A stretch of 63,982 bases of DNA, filler included, from Squatina squatina (taxonomy: Eukaryota), in NCBI GenBank assembly GCA_031763465.1. It is 3 parts of 2 records of this genome, joined end to end, with 100 filler letters (N's around TTAATTAATTAA, not from the genome) between each part and the next. Parts side by side here need not be neighbours in the genome. Positions count along the whole stretch, not along the records: positions 50,099 to 63,982 come from JARFOE010000192.1; 2 more parts are not named here. One strand, given 5' to 3'. Position numbers and translations under genes: made by a program. Below, piece after piece: positions 62,151 to 63,982 of the stretch. Under the pieces are notes generated by a model. It saw only the letters and a list, made by a program, of their open reading frames with translations. It searched no databases and had not been told where the DNA came from. How positions within the stretch are numbered: position 1 is the first letter of the stretch; each line of letters opens with the position of its first letter.

Positions 62151-62860
62151 CTCTATGTGCATTTGCTGCTTCCTATTCCAATTTGGGTTACCTGATTTTT
62201 ATTTACATTATATTTCACCTGCCATTCCTATTCCATAATCGATCAGTTTAATTCAGCATCTGTAACTTACTCGTTCTGTTTTTAATTAGGTCTGACGTAA
62301 ATGAGGTCTTAGGGGAGAATAAATTATGCATGTGCTACAGGTGCTTAATACATCACTGTTTAAATTTAGCAACACCAGTATCAAAATAAGTCATCAAATT
62401 AGCATTTGAACGGAAGAACTCTGATGTAATATCTCCAATGCATTGGTTAATTATGAGTGTCACTGAACCACAGCACCCACTGTTCAAATGTAGCTGAGCC
62501 ACAAGTATATGTTTTGTTTGCAGTAATCTGCTTGTTGATAAGAAAATGTGAGTAGTGCACCAAGATGAGTCACAAATGGAAACATATGGGCACATTAAAT
62601 TGTAACAGAGTTGGAGTGGAAAATAGTCACCTAGTCTAGTGGAGTAAAATTAAGAAGTTTGATTAAACNNNNNNNNNNNNNNNNNNNNNNNNNNNNNNNN
62701 NNNNNNNNNNNNNNNNNNNNNNNNNNNNNNNNNNNNNNNNNNNNNNNNNNNNNNNNNNNNNNNNNNNNGAATTTCTGTTAATCCCACTCCTCGGCAACCC
62801 TGGGTTAAGCAAGGGCAAAAATAAGACAAAGTTCCAGCTCAAATTATTATCCTTTTGGAA

Positions 62861-62968
62861 TGTGTGTTTCTGTGTGTGTCTTTGTATATGTCTGTGTTTA
62901 TGTCTCTGTGTGTGTGAGACTGTGTTTATGTCTCTGTCAGTGTGTGTGTGTCTGACTGTGTGATGTGT
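62861..62968. repeat. Degenerate (TG)n/TGTC low-complexity repeat
   Basis: Direct reading; includes repeated ctgtgtttatgtctctgt units. Confidence 0.8.
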
Positions 62969-63982
62969 ATTAGTTAAGACAGCATTTGGTTCTGTTGTCT
63001 CCCACAGTCAAATAGCCCGCTGACAATCACTGCAGAAGCTGGCACAGGAAGACTGCTCCTTGAGTAAGGTACGAAGGGACTGTTGCTACCCTCAGCACCT
63101 CCAGAAAAGGAGGCGAACGAAATTGGGAAAAAAAGAGACTTAAAAAATAATCTATCGTAGACCTCCCTAATTTTTAAAAATATTATAATTGTTGGTGTAC
63201 GGCTGTGAGTTGCACTAACTACTGCTATTTTGGCCACTGGAAAGCTATTTTTCAACAGCTAAAAATATAGATAATAAACTTCTCATGCTGACACTCCTCC
63301 ATAACCTTGAATTCTCTGCTCCAAATGCAAGTTGTTACATCGGCACTAAATTCTTTTTGTGCTCCAGGGATGAATGGCATTTCTGTCAGTTACAGACTTA
63401 ATAACAGGGTTATTATATAAAAATAATAGTAATACCATGGTATTTTCAACAAGATTCTTCCAGTTTGACAGAGTGATGTGTTGAAGTTAACCTTTACCCT
63501 TATTGTAATACTATCCATGAGAGCAAGGCAATTCACATGCTATAAAAAGGTGCGTGATCCAGAGAAAGTCCCCTACATAAGCACAAAATGTAATATGAAA
63601 CTCTTGGCAATCAATGTTTAGTAGCGTTCTGAGAGAGATAATGTTAAACTGAGAATCCTGCAATGTTGACACACTTATGTAGCTTAGTAACTAGGATTCA
63701 TGCAATATTGAAAGTTGGCTTTTTTCTATGCGTGTTGCACTACATAATTCCTAAAGGAAGGTCTTAAAAGTAACAATGACCCTATCTATAAATGATCAGC
63801 TTCACAAAGACAGGTTGAAGGAGAATCTCATTTCTGGCACAAGTTAACCTGGATTGGCTTTTTTAATTGAGTTTTTAGTTCACAGAATGATGCTGAAAGA
63901 AGCATTGATCTCTTACTGAAACAGCTTTATTATTGTTGTAATATTAACGTTATATAATTAAAATAAATACTGTTACTGTTCG

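Noticed and set aside
63008-63070. Possible plus-strand exon of ITGB8 (expected next neighbour)
   Set aside because: It has AG/GT-like ends, but no frame resembles integrin beta-8 and all contain stops or lack similarity.

Overview
This is vertebrate genomic DNA, not prokaryotic. The CR1/L2/RTE LINEs, Deu-domain SINEs, Harbinger-like MITEs and protein sequences point to a cartilaginous fish (shark/ray), which is an inference. The assembly is very gappy: short contigs are joined mostly by 100-N spacers. Two artificial N44-TTAATTAATTAA-N44 linkers (22639-22650, 50043-50054) split the window into three unrelated blocks, each with conserved vertebrate gene order. Block 1 is UBE2QL1(-)/MED10(+)/ICE1(-), block 2 is GABRB1(+)/COMMD8(-)/ATP10D(+), and block 3 is TMEM196(-)/MACC1(-). 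All genes are partial because many exons fall in gaps. I found no evidence for a new multi-gene system. The most interesting signals are an AT-AC (U12 minor-spliceosome) donor after a 35-nt ICE1 exon, a Gly>Ser change at the loop E agonist-site position of GABRB1 (VLYSLR, rho-like), an AUG-less His/Gln-rich N-terminal extension plus two core substitutions in UBE2QL1, an NRF-1-like element at the GABRB1 promoter, tandem donors in TMEM196 exon 1, and several TIR-bounded non-autonomous DNA transposons.
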